A stretch of 64,000 nt of DNA from Acidobacteriota bacterium (GTDB lineage: Bacteria > Acidobacteriota > Thermoanaerobaculia > Gp7-AA8). This document shows positions 10,222-19,390 of the stretch, piece after piece. Position 1 is the first letter of the stretch, and every line of letters starts with the position of its first letter. Below the pieces are notes generated by a model. That model was not told the origin of the DNA, searched no databases, and was given only the letters and a program-made list of their open reading frames with translations. A program made the translations under genes and the position numbers. The stretch covers positions 32,001 to 96,000 of the forward strand of contig JAFATB010000023.1 in assembly GCA_019244185.1 (NCBI GenBank), in the 5' to 3' direction.

Positions 10222-10500
10222 ATGGATGAACAGGAACCGTTGCACCCGGCCATCCGCGGTCTGAAGACCGTCTGCCGCTGCAACAACATCAAATACCGCA
10301 CGATCGAGCGGGCCATCCGCGAGGGAGCGCACACGCTGACGCAGGTCGCGAACCGCACCACCGCCACGATGGGCGAGTGCGGCGGCTCCTGCACGCCGGA
10401 CGTTCAGGCCATGCTCGACGAGCTGGCCCCCGCGTATACGCAACTCCCGAAAGCCGCCCCGGCGGCAAATCCGGATGCATGGTGGGTACGGAAGAAATGA
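10222..10500 (+). CDS. BFD-like [2Fe-2S]-binding protein
   Basis: VCRCNNI...ATMGECGGSC. Start reassigned because the longer ORF overlaps the tRNA. Confidence 0.85.
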   Translation: MDEQEPLHPAIRGLKTVCRCNNIKYRTIERAIREGAHTLTQVANRTTATMGECGGSCTPDVQAMLDELAPAYTQLPKAAPAANPDAWWVRKK

Positions 10501-10841
10501 CGAAAACTCTCGAGGTCTACCTCAAGCCTTCCTGAACGAGCTGCCGCAAGGCGGTGGCCGACCTGGAAGGTCGGGGATACGAACTGGTGAAGCACAACCT
10601 CGCGAACGACCGCCCGAGCCGCGAGCTCCTCGCGCGCCTCATCGACGAGCACGGACTCGACTCCGTGATGAACGCGCGCAGCCCCGCCTTCAAAGCCCGC
10701 AACCTCGGCGAGCGGAAGCTGGACAAGGCGGAAGCGATCGCGCTGATGCTCGAGGATCCGAACCTCATCCGGAGGCCGCTCGTCCTCGGCAAGCGCCGCG
10801 TCGTCTTCGGTCACAAGCCGGAGGAGTACGACGGCCTGTGA
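10497..10841 (+). CDS. ArsC/Spx-family selenoprotein (UxxC), Sec TGA at 10533-10535
   Basis: ATG overlaps the upstream stop (ATGA). MTKTLEVYLKPS-U-TSCRKA is in frame with the downstream ...MLEDPNLIRRPLV... and matches the family PSCTSCRKA motif. Confidence 0.9.
10558..10574 (+). promoter_or_regulatory. Candidate SECIS hairpin
   Basis: CCGACCT-GGA-AGGTCGG. The loop starts with G 29 nt after the UGA. A second hairpin lies at 10540-10558. Confidence 0.6.
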
Positions 10842-11110
10842 CGATGATTACGCCGTCGGCGATGGCCATCGCCACGATCACGGTGATGCTCTGGATCGTC
10901 TGGAGCGACACGATCCGCGCGAAGCGGCCCGCGCCGATCCTCTACGCGGTGCGCGTGGCGCTGTATCTCATCGTCACCGGGCTCTTGATCCTGAACCTCG
11001 TGCGCTACCCGCGGCTGTACAGCAGCGGCGCGCGCGCCGTTACCATCGTGGCCGCTTTGACCGGCCTCGTCGGTGCAGTGTATTTCGCACGGAGGCTCGT
11101 AAAGCGTTAG
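10838..11110 (+). CDS. Small 3-TM membrane protein, hypothetical
   Basis: GTGA overlap with the upstream stop (alternative ATG at 10844); three hydrophobic segments. Confidence 0.75.
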   Translation: MTMITPSAMAIATITVMLWIVWSDTIRAKRPAPILYAVRVALYLIVTGLLILNLVRYPRLYSSGARAVTIVAALTGLVGAVYFARRLVKR

Positions 11111-11154
11111 TTGTGTGGAAATGGAAACCTTTCCGAGTCTTAGTTCCGTATCAG

Positions 11155-11183
11155 TAGACAGTGCGGAAAAAATGCACTATGAT
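11155..11183 (+). promoter_or_regulatory. sigma70 promoter
   Basis: TAGACA-N17-TATGAT; predicted +1 near 11190. Confidence 0.75.
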
Positions 11184-11189
11184 GCTTCT

Positions 11190-11323
11190 GGGTTCGGTGA
11201 GGGTTGGCAGCTCTCCGAAGCGGATCTGACGAAGTCGCGGGGCCTGCGAATCTCTCTCTCTCGATCTCCCACGACGATACGGCTACCCACAAGCCGTCCT
11301 AGCGTCGATCCTCGGCCGGACCC
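11190..11323 (+). ncRNA. Putative structured small RNA, family unassigned (6S-like possible)
   Basis: 5' GGGTTCGGT-GAGGGTTGGC pairs with 3' GTCGATCCTC-G-GCCGGACCC. Three internal hairpins. Has its own promoter and terminator. Confidence 0.7.
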
Positions 11324-11343
11324 ACTTTTTTGCTGATGATTCG

Positions 11344-11371
11344 GAGCCGCGATTCTCGCGGCTCTTTTTTT
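11344..11371 (+). terminator. Intrinsic terminator
   Basis: GAGCCGCGA-TTC-TCGCGGCTC followed by T7. Confidence 0.88.
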
Positions 11372-11420
11372 CCTCCACGGAGCGCGGCTCCTGTCCGTTT
11401 TGCGACAATCCCCCCGTTTC

Positions 11421-13766
11421 ATGCCGCTTCTCCTTCATTCACTCGCCGCGCTCGCGCTCGTCGGTCTCGCGCATCGCTTCGTGCGCCCGCTCTCGCGCGG
11501 CGCGGCGCTCGTCCTCTTCGCGCTGCCGTTCGTCATCGCCGGCTACGCGCTTCTGACCTCGCGCGTCCTCGCGCCGGTCGACCTCGCGTATCAGACCGTG
11601 CCGCTCAACTGGATGAAGGAGACGTACGGCGTCAGCGACGTGAGCACCGGACTGCACAGCGACGTGCTGTCGCAGTTCATCCCGTGGCGCGCGGCCGTGC
11701 GCGACTCGCTCGCACGCGGCGAGTGGGGCCTCTGGAACCGCTACGCCTTCGCGGGCGACATCCTGCTCGCGGGCGAGCAGCCGGCGGTCTTCTCGCCGAT
11801 CACGCTCCTCGCGTGTCTGCTGCCCGCGGCGCTGAGCTTCACCTTCACCGGCGCGCTGACGCTCTTCATCGCCGCGCTCTGCGCGTTCCTCCTCGCGCGC
11901 GAACTCGATTGCGGCGAGCCGGCGGCGCTCGTCGCCGCGGCGTCGTGGTCGCTCGCGACCTCGCTCGTCGTCTTCGTACTCGTGCCGCTCGGCGCGACGT
12001 GGGCGTGGGCGCCGCTGCTGTTCGTGAGCGTCCAGCGTCTCGTGCGCGCGCCGCGCATCGCCTCCGCCGCGCTGCTCGCGTTCACGTTCACTGCATTGCT
12101 CGCGGCCGCGCATCTCGAATCCGTGTTGCTCATCGTCGCATTGGGCGTCGCGTACGCGCTGCTCGAGCTCGCGCGGCGGCCGTCGGTACGCGCGGTCGCG
12201 CTCGCGGCGGGCGCGGGCGTCGTCGCGCTGCTCGTTTCGGCCGTGCATCTCCTGCCGTTCTTCGAGGCGCTGCCGTGGACGATGGAGTACGCGACGCGCG
12301 ACCTGTTCCGCGACTCGGCGCGCGGCGTGCCGCTGCCCGACGCCGCGCTGCGGATGCTGATGACGTTCTTCCCGTACCTCAACGGACGGCCGCCGGTGAC
12401 GTCGTTCATGAACGGCGCGATCGGCAGCATTGCCACCGCGCTCGCGCTGTACGCGCTGTGGCGCGTGCGCTCGCGCGCGACGTGGTTCTTCGGCGCGACG
12501 TTCCTCGCCTGTCTCGTCATCGCGTCGGAATGGCGTCCCGTCGCGACGCTGCTCGGGCGTGTGCCGCTCTTCGACATCGCCATCTTCGACCGCATGGCCT
12601 TTGGCGCCGCGCTATCGCTGGCCGTGCTCGCCGCGCTCGGCGCCGAAGCGCTCGCGCGGCGCGGCGGCGATCGCGCGGCGGGCGCGACGCTCGCGGCGTG
12701 GTTCGTCGTCGTCGCCGCCGGCAACTACGCGTTGCTGCACGCGGCGTCCGTTCCGCGCGGTCCGGTGAAATTCGGCGAGCACGTTGTCGCCGCAGAGCTC
12801 GTGCCGCTCGCGTTCGCAGCGGCGCTGTTGTTTCGCAAACGTGCCGCGCTGCCCGCGCTGCTCGCGCTCATCATCGTGCAGCGCTGGCTCGCGGTCAGCG
12901 ACGCGCAGAAGTCGTTTCCGCGTCGCGCTGCCTATCCGCCGATCCCGATCCTCGAACCGCTGCGCGCGATCCGCACGCCGTTCCGCATCGTCGGCCACGG
13001 CAACGCGCTCATCCCCGGCACGGCCACGCTGTACGGACTCGAAGACGCGCGCGGCTACTCGGCGATGACGCTGCTGCGCTACCGCGAAACGTACGGCCTG
13101 TGGTGCGTCGAACAGCCGGTGTGGTTCAACCGCGTCGACGATCTCTCGCGGCCGTTCCTCTCATTCCTCAACGTCCGCTACGCCATCACGTGGGACCGCG
13201 CGGTGCCGCCGCCGGGATGGACGGAAGTGGCGCGGCAGCGCGGCGCGATCCTGCTCGAGAACCACAACGCGCTCGATCGCGCCTTCGTGCCGCGCGGCGT
13301 GCACGTCGGCGCGAGCACGAACGTCACGCTGATGGAGATGGCGCTCGCCACCGACTTTGCCGACCGCGCGTGGATCGAGGCGAACGTTCCCGCGCCGTAC
13401 GACTCCGCGAACGGGCCGGGGCGGCTCACGATCGCTAACGCGCGCCTCGGCTACGCGATCGACGCGGACATGCAGAACGACGGCTGGATCGTGACGTCGA
13501 TCGCGGCGTGGCCCGGCTGGCGCGCGTACGTCGACGGCCGCCGCGTCGACACGAACATCGCCAATCATGCGTTCGTCTCGGTGCGCGTCCCGCGCGGACA
13601 TCACCGCGTCGCGCTGCGCTACTTTCCGGACGGCTTCGCGGTGGGAAGGACGATCAGCGCGGTGACGCTCGCGCTGATCGTCCTCGCGTCGCTACTGTTT
13701 CATCGCCGCAAGCCGCTTCTCGAGGCTGGCGATGCGGCCGTCGCTGCGCTGCCCCTCGGGGAGTGA
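11421..13766 (+). CDS. YfhO-family membrane protein (GT-C glycosyltransferase-like)
   Basis: QFIPWR...GEWGLWNRYAFAG, many TM helices, FLNVRY, C-terminal WPGWRAYVDG...VRVPRGHHRVALRY. Confidence 0.88.
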   Translation: MPLLLHSLAALALVGLAHRFVRPLSRGAALVLFALPFVIAGYALLTSRVLAPVDLAYQTVPLNWMKETYGVSDVSTGLHSDVLSQFIPWRAAVRDSLARGEWGLWNRYAFAGDILLAGEQPAVFSPITLLACLLPAALSFTFTGALTLFIAALCAFLLARELDCGEPAALVAAASWSLATSLVVFVLVPLGATWAWAPLLFVSVQRLVRAPRIASAALLAFTFTALLAAAHLESVLLIVALGVAYALLELARRPSVRAVALAAGAGVVALLVSAVHLLPFFEALPWTMEYATRDLFRDSARGVPLPDAALRMLMTFFPYLNGRPPVTSFMNGAIGSIATALALYALWRVRSRATWFFGATFLACLVIASEWRPVATLLGRVPLFDIAIFDRMAFGAALSLAVLAALGAEALARRGGDRAAGATLAAWFVVVAAGNYALLHAASVPRGPVKFGEHVVAAELVPLAFAAALLFRKRAALPALLALIIVQRWLAVSDAQKSFPRRAAYPPIPILEPLRAIRTPFRIVGHGNALIPGTATLYGLEDARGYSAMTLLRYRETYGLWCVEQPVWFNRVDDLSRPFLSFLNVRYAITWDRAVPPPGWTEVARQRGAILLENHNALDRAFVPRGVHVGASTNVTLMEMALATDFADRAWIEANVPAPYDSANGPGRLTIANARLGYAIDADMQNDGWIVTSIAAWPGWRAYVDGRRVDTNIANHAFVSVRVPRGHHRVALRYFPDGFAVGRTISAVTLALIVLASLLFHRRKPLLEAGDAAVAALPLGE

Positions 13767-15005
13767 CTTCGCGTAGTCGATGGCCTGCTGCATCGTCGCG
13801 CGCGCGGCGGCGGTGTCGCCTTTCGCCGTGTAGATGTCGGCGCGCGCGGTGAGCACGACCAGCTTGCGCGGACCGTAGACGCGCGCGAGCGCGCGGTCGG
13901 ACGCGGCCAGCGCCTTGTCGTACTCCTTCATCGCGTTGTAGGCGAGGGCCAGGCGCGCCGGCGGGTTGTAGTCGTCCGGGAAATCGCGCTGCGACTGCTC
14001 GAGCATCGGGATCGCCTTTTCCGGCGTGCCGAGGTCGAGGTAGGCGGCGAGGCGGTGCGAGTCGTAGACCGCGCGCTGTTCGGCGGTCTTCGCCGCGGCG
14101 GCGGACTTCTCGAGGAACGCCGCCCATTCGCCGCGCAGCTTCTTCGCGCCCGCTTCGTCTTTCGCGTCGTCGCGCGCATCGATGAGCGACATGTACAGAC
14201 CGGAGCGGTCGTCGCCGGAGAGCGTCAGCGTGTGATCGTCGAAGACCTCGCGCGTGTCCTTCTCCAGCGTCGCGATCCACTGCGCGCGCTTCGGATTCTT
14301 CTCGTCGACTTCGATCGCGCACGAGAGCCCGCTCGCCGCGACGCCGGCCGCGGACGACGTGCCCTTCACGCGCGGATACAGATCGAGCGCGCGCGTCGTG
14401 CAGCGTTCCGCGTCGCGGGCCATGCTCAGCGAGAAGAGCAGCGACTCCGCGGTGCGGCCGTAGCCGTTCCATCCCTTCGGCGCATTGCCGAGGGCCTGGT
14501 CGAAGAGCTTCGCGGCCTCGGCGTCCTTCCCTGCGGAGGCGAGCGCGTTCGCGCGGGCGAGAAGCTGATCGGCGGACGAGAGCGACTTCGCGCGATACGT
14601 CTTCTCCGCGTCGTCGAGCATCTTGCGCAACTGCGGCACGGTCGCGCCGCCGACGTAACGCATCGTCACCGCGTCACGCTTCGCGTCGAGCACGAGCAGC
14701 GTCGGCAGCGCCGGGATCGGATACTTTTTGAGGAACGACGCGCTCTTCGCGTCTTCCGTGTTGAGGCTGAGCCAGACGAACCGTCCGGCGTACCGTTCGA
14801 GCGACGCGTCCGTGAGCACGTACGCGCGCATCGAGCGGCAGGTGTGTCACCACGGTGCCCACGCCTCGACGAAGATCGGCAGATTCTTCGTCTTCGCGCG
14901 GGACACCGCCGTGGCGTAGTCGTTCTCGATGAAAGGGAGAACTTCTTTCGCATGCGCGGCGACGCTCGCCAGGAGCACCGCCGCGGCCATGAGCATGTTT
15001 CGCAT
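13692..15005 (-). CDS. Exported thioredoxin-like selenoprotein (UxxC) with C-terminal TPR repeats, Sec TGA at 14849-14847
   Basis: MRNMLMAAAVLLASVAAHA signal peptide, then IENDYATAVSRAKTKNLPIFVEAWAPW-U-HTCRSM in frame with the track ORF 13692..14831. cis-Pro motif ALPTLLVLD; helical TPR-like C-terminus. Confidence 0.9.
14805..14826 (-). promoter_or_regulatory. Candidate SECIS hairpin
   Basis: CGCGT-A-CGT-GCTC-ACG-G-ACGCG. The loop starts with G 29 nt after the UGA. Confidence 0.55.
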
Positions 15006-15028
15006 CGTAATAGTCTACCGTGCGCGCC

Positions 15029-17122
15029 TCACATCGGACCGGGGGTGACCCAGCGACGTAACCATTCGTCCACCTCGCGGTAAAACACGCGCGAGTTTTC
15101 GGCGTTGAGAATCCAGTGGTTCTCCTCGGGCCAGACCAGCAGTCGCGACGGCACGCGCAGCCGCTGCAGCAGCGACCACGCTTCCAGCGTGTTGTTCAGC
15201 GGCACGCGGAAGTCGTGCTCGCCGACCGACAGCAGGATCGGCGTCTTGAACTGCGCGGCGAAACGCGCGGGACTCTGCGTGCGCCACACCTCGCCCTGCT
15301 CCCACACCGGACCGTTGTTCATCAGCTCGCGGCCGTAGATCGTGTCCGACGTCGCCCACTGCGTTTCGAGATTGATGAGCCCCGCGTGCGCGACGAGCGC
15401 CTTGAAGCGATCGCCCGACCACGCTTCGAGCGCGTACGTGAGATGCCCGCCGTAGCTCGCGCCGCCGGCGACCTGCCGCGTCGCGTCGATGAACGGATAG
15501 CGTTTGATCGCCTCGTCCGCCGCTTCCATCAGCTCGTCCGCGGGACCGCGCAGCGGATCGCCCTGAATGAGCTGGCCGAACTGCTCGCCGAAGCCGGTTG
15601 AGCCGCTGTAGTTCGTCATCAGCATCACGTACCCCGGCTTCGCGAGCAGGTGATAGTTCCAGCGCAGCGAGATCGCGTCGCGCCACATGTTCGCGGCGCC
15701 GCCGTGGATGAGCACGAACAGCGGGTACTTCTTCGACGCATCGAAGTTCGCCGGCAGGACGATCATGTTGTGGATGCGCCGGCCGCGCTTCGACGTGAAC
15801 CAGAAGTGCTGCGGCGGCTGCCAGTCGATCGTCTTCGCCTGCTCGACGTTGAACGACGTGAGGTTCGTGTGCTTCTTCGCGTTCAGGTCGACGCGCACGA
15901 TCTCGATCGGATTGACGGACGAGCCCCACTGCGCGACGACGACCGGCGCGCGTTCGGCGACGCGTAAGGACGTGTAGACGCCGCGCTGCGGATCGACCGC
16001 GAGCTGCGCGTCGCCGCCGGCCGCGGGCACCGAGTAGATCTTCACCAGCCCCGCGTCTTCGGCCGTGAAGTAGATCGTGCGGCCGTCGCTGGTGACGCCG
16101 AAGTCGTCGACGGAGCGGTCGGTTTTCGCGACGACGCGCTCGTTCTTCATCGACGGCCAGTCGAACGCAACGAGGCGGTTGAGGTTGTAGACCTTGCCGT
16201 TGTTCGGATTGAACGTCGCGAAAAGCGTCTTTCCGTCGGGACTGAAGTCCGGGCTGCCGTAGCCGCCGTTCGCGGTCGTGAGCTTCTCCGGCTCGCCGCC
16301 GTTCGCCGAGACTCGATAGAGATCGAACGAGACTTCCGCGTATGCGCCGGTGTTGCGCGTGCTGGTCGCGGCGAAGACGAGCCACTGTCCGTCGGGCGAC
16401 CACGCCGCGTCGAGCGACTCGCGTCCCTCGCCGCCGCCCGTGCCGCCGAAGCCGGCGCTCGCGACGAGCTTCGTGCCGGCGAGCACGTCCTTCGCCGGCG
16501 CGCCGGGCGTGAGCGACTGCACGAAGACGTGCGCCTGTTTCTCGTCGAGCCAGCGATCCCACGCGCGCACGGGGAAGCTGTCGTAGACGCGCACTTTGTC
16601 CTTACGGTCTTTCTCCGCTTTCGCTGCCTTCTTGTTGGCGTCGTCGTCGAGCGCGCCGGGATAGACGGTGCTGACGAACGAGATCGCGTTGCCGTCGGGG
16701 CGGAAGTGCGGGCGGCTCGCGCCGGTGGAGACATTCGTCACGCGCAACGCCTCGCCGCCGCCGGCGAGATCGAGGACGTAGATCTGTGCGGCGTCGTCCG
16801 TGTCGCGTTTCGCGGCGAAGGCGATGCGGCGGCTGTCGGACGACCACGTCACGTCGCTCTCGCCGGCCTTCGTGTTCGTGAGGCGGCGCGGCTGCGCGCT
16901 GCCGTCGGCGGGGACGAGCCACAGATCGCTGAGCTGATCTTTCTCGTCGTACGCGGGCTCCGTGAGCGAGAAGACGACCCACTTGCCGTCGGGGCTCAGC
17001 GCCGGCGCGCCGATGCGTTTCATCAGCCACATCGTCTCGTGCGTGAGCGGCACGCCCGCGGCGAACGCGGCGGCGGAGAAGAGAAGGAGGAGTGCGAGAG
17101 GGAGAAGCCGGACTCGTCTCAT
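15029..17122 (-). CDS. S9 family peptidase (prolyl oligopeptidase/acylaminoacyl peptidase)
   Basis: Signal peptide, SPDG beta-propeller repeats, IHGG, GASYGG, DFRVP, EENHW. Confidence 0.93.
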   Translation of the reverse strand: MRRVRLLPLALLLLFSAAAFAAGVPLTHETMWLMKRIGAPALSPDGKWVVFSLTEPAYDEKDQLSDLWLVPADGSAQPRRLTNTKAGESDVTWSSDSRRIAFAAKRDTDDAAQIYVLDLAGGGEALRVTNVSTGASRPHFRPDGNAISFVSTVYPGALDDDANKKAAKAEKDRKDKVRVYDSFPVRAWDRWLDEKQAHVFVQSLTPGAPAKDVLAGTKLVASAGFGGTGGGEGRESLDAAWSPDGQWLVFAATSTRNTGAYAEVSFDLYRVSANGGEPEKLTTANGGYGSPDFSPDGKTLFATFNPNNGKVYNLNRLVAFDWPSMKNERVVAKTDRSVDDFGVTSDGRTIYFTAEDAGLVKIYSVPAAGGDAQLAVDPQRGVYTSLRVAERAPVVVAQWGSSVNPIEIVRVDLNAKKHTNLTSFNVEQAKTIDWQPPQHFWFTSKRGRRIHNMIVLPANFDASKKYPLFVLIHGGAANMWRDAISLRWNYHLLAKPGYVMLMTNYSGSTGFGEQFGQLIQGDPLRGPADELMEAADEAIKRYPFIDATRQVAGGASYGGHLTYALEAWSGDRFKALVAHAGLINLETQWATSDTIYGRELMNNGPVWEQGEVWRTQSPARFAAQFKTPILLSVGEHDFRVPLNNTLEAWSLLQRLRVPSRLLVWPEENHWILNAENSRVFYREVDEWLRRWVTPGPM

Positions 17123-17208
17123 GCAGTTCATTCGGGAACTTGACAACGGTGCGTTCGGCGGCAACGATTCCTGGCCTCTGCCGGCATTGCGACGTTCGAG
17201 GAGGAACG

Positions 17209-17604
17209 ATGAACGTGCTCTCCAGGATGATCGGTTTCCTGACCACCACGAAGCCGGACGAAGCGCGCGCGTTCTTCGGCGACAAGCTCGGCTTCCGTTT
17301 CATCGACGACGACGGCTTCGCGCTCGTCTTCGACGCGAACGGCACGATGCTCCGCATCGCGAAAGCGAAGGCTTTCACGCCGGCGCAGGGGACAGTGCTC
17401 GGCTGGCAGGTCGCCGACGTCCACGCCGCCGCCGCGCAGCTCGCCGCGCGCGGCGTCGTCTTCGAGCAGTTCGGCCTCCCGTTTCTGCAGCAGGACGACG
17501 CGGGCGTCTGGACCGCGCCGAACGGCGACGCCGTGGCGTGGTTCAAAGATCCCGACGGCAACACGCTCTCCATCTCCAGTCACGCCGCGAGCGCGCGGTC
17601 ATGA
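17209..17604 (+). CDS. VOC/glyoxalase family protein
   Basis: ARAFFGDKLG...AWFKDPDGNTL; GAGGAGG RBS. Confidence 0.9.
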   Translation: MNVLSRMIGFLTTTKPDEARAFFGDKLGFRFIDDDGFALVFDANGTMLRIAKAKAFTPAQGTVLGWQVADVHAAAAQLAARGVVFEQFGLPFLQQDDAGVWTAPNGDAVAWFKDPDGNTLSISSHAASARS

Positions 17605-18374
17605 AGCAGACCGCTCTCATCACCGGCGCGTCGAGCGGCATCGGCCTCGATCTCGCGCATCTCTTCGCGCGCGACGGCCACGACGTCGTGCTCGTCGCGC
17701 GCAGCGGCGACAAGCTGCGCGCGCTCGCGCACGAGCTCGAAGTCGAGCATCAGGTCCGCGCGCATGTCGTCGTCGCCGATCTCGCGCAACCGGATGCGCC
17801 GCGCGCGATCGCGGACGCCGTGCGCGCGCTCGAGATCGACGTCCTCGTCAACAACGCCGGCTTCGGCCTCACCGGCGCGTTCGCGGAGACGCCGCTCGCG
17901 AGCGAGCTGGAGATGATCCAGGTCAACATCACCGCGCTGACGCAGCTCACGAAGCTCTTCCTGCCGGCGATGCTCGCGCGGAAACGCGGCCGCATCCTCA
18001 ACGTCGCCTCGACCGCCGCGTTTCAGCCGGGACCTTTGATGGCGGTCTACTACGCGACGAAGGCGTACGTGCTGTCTTTCTCGGAAGCGATCGCGGAAGA
18101 GCTGAGCGGCAGCGGTGTCGCCGTGACCGCGCTTTGTCCGGGACCGACGGCGACCGGCTTCGCGGATGCCGCGGCGATGCACGACCGGCGGCTCTTCAAG
18201 ATGATGCGGCCGATGACGTCGATGGACGTCGCGCGCAGCGGCTATCGCGCGCTGCAGCACGGCAAGCGCGTGGCCGTCACCGGCGCGCGCAACAAGCTGC
18301 TCGCGCAGGCGGTGCGCGTCAGCCCGCGGCGGCTGACGGTGAAGATCACGCGGGCGATGCAGGAAAAGGTGTGA
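17601..18374 (+). CDS. SDR family oxidoreductase
   Basis: TGASSGIG, NNAG, YYATK. Confidence 0.93.
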   Translation: MKQTALITGASSGIGLDLAHLFARDGHDVVLVARSGDKLRALAHELEVEHQVRAHVVVADLAQPDAPRAIADAVRALEIDVLVNNAGFGLTGAFAETPLASELEMIQVNITALTQLTKLFLPAMLARKRGRILNVASTAAFQPGPLMAVYYATKAYVLSFSEAIAEELSGSGVAVTALCPGPTATGFADAAAMHDRRLFKMMRPMTSMDVARSGYRALQHGKRVAVTGARNKLLAQAVRVSPRRLTVKITRAMQEKV

Positions 18375-19390
18375 GGCCGCGGCGCGTCGCCATCCAGCCC
18401 GACAAGCTTTGGCGCGAGGACAACCCGCGCCACCAGTCGTACTCCGCGCGCTGGACCGAGCTCCTCACCCGCGACGGCCACGAGGTCGTGCCGGTCGATG
18501 TTTTCGCTCCCGAGGCGTTCGAGCGCATCCGCGCGTGCGAGGGCTTTCTGTGGTGGTTTCCGCCGCTCCCGTTTCCGCGCGACGCGGCGAAGCGGATCAT
18601 CCTCGCGCTCGCGCATGCGACCGACGTCGTGCTCTTTCCGGACTGGAAGGAAGCGTGGCATTACGACGACAAGATCGCGCAGACGTACCTGCTGCACGCC
18701 GCGCGGATTCCGATGCCGGAGACGCACGTCTTCTGGCGTTACGGCGATGCGGTCGCGTTCCTGCGCGACGCGCGCTATCCGCTGGTGATGAAGCTCGCGG
18801 CGGGCTTCTTCGCGCAGCGCGTGACGCTCATCCGCAATCGCGCGGAAGGGGAGAAGTGGGCGCGCTGGCTCTTCAGCTCCGGGCTGTCGAATCTCCATCG
18901 TCCGTTCCGCCGGCTCGTGCTGAAAGAGTTCGTGAGTCTCTGGCGCCGTCACGCGCGCACGCTCGACGTTTCGCACGGCGGCGAGGAGCAGGGCTACATG
19001 CTGTTGCAGGAGTTCGTGCCGGGGAACGACTTCGACACGCGCGTCACCGTCATCGGCGACCGCGTCTTCGCCACGCGCCGCTACAACCGCCCGAACGACT
19101 TTCGCGCGAGCGGCAGCGGTCTGCTCGACATGGATCCGGCGAAGATCGATCGCGACGCGCTCGCGCTCGGACTGCACACCGCGCGCACGCTCGGCGCGCA
19201 TTCGCTGTCGCTCGACATCCTGCGCCACCACGGCCAGCCGGTGATCACCGAGGTGAGCTTCGGGTACGAGGCCGCGCAGGTGGCGATCCGGCCGGGACAC
19301 TGGCGCGGCGACGCGCTCACGTGGAGCGAAGGCTCCGTGCGCGCGGAAGACGCGCTGCTCGAAGACTTCCTCTCACGCCTCCCGGCGTGA
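18371..19390 (+). CDS. RimK-like ATP-grasp protein
   Basis: DDKIAQ, IPMPET, YPLVMK, LQEFVPGNDFDTRVTVIG, FRASGSG, ITEVS. Confidence 0.85.
   Translation: MRPRRVAIQPDKLWREDNPRHQSYSARWTELLTRDGHEVVPVDVFAPEAFERIRACEGFLWWFPPLPFPRDAAKRIILALAHATDVVLFPDWKEAWHYDDKIAQTYLLHAARIPMPETHVFWRYGDAVAFLRDARYPLVMKLAAGFFAQRVTLIRNRAEGEKWARWLFSSGLSNLHRPFRRLVLKEFVSLWRRHARTLDVSHGGEEQGYMLLQEFVPGNDFDTRVTVIGDRVFATRRYNRPNDFRASGSGLLDMDPAKIDRDALALGLHTARTLGAHSLSLDILRHHGQPVITEVSFGYEAAQVAIRPGHWRGDALTWSEGSVRAEDALLEDFLSRLPA

Noticed and set aside
10497-10841. ArsC-like gene as a nonsense pseudogene
   Set aside because: The TGA falls exactly at the catalytic Cys, the rest of the gene is intact, and tRNA-Sec is present. The same reasoning applies to 14847-14849.
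11115-11336. 73-aa ORF over the putative sRNA
   Set aside because: It starts upstream of the promoter and has atypical codon usage. RNA structure explains the region better.
18371-19390. Graspetide RiPP cluster
   Set aside because: No precursor peptide or dedicated transporter is seen nearby.
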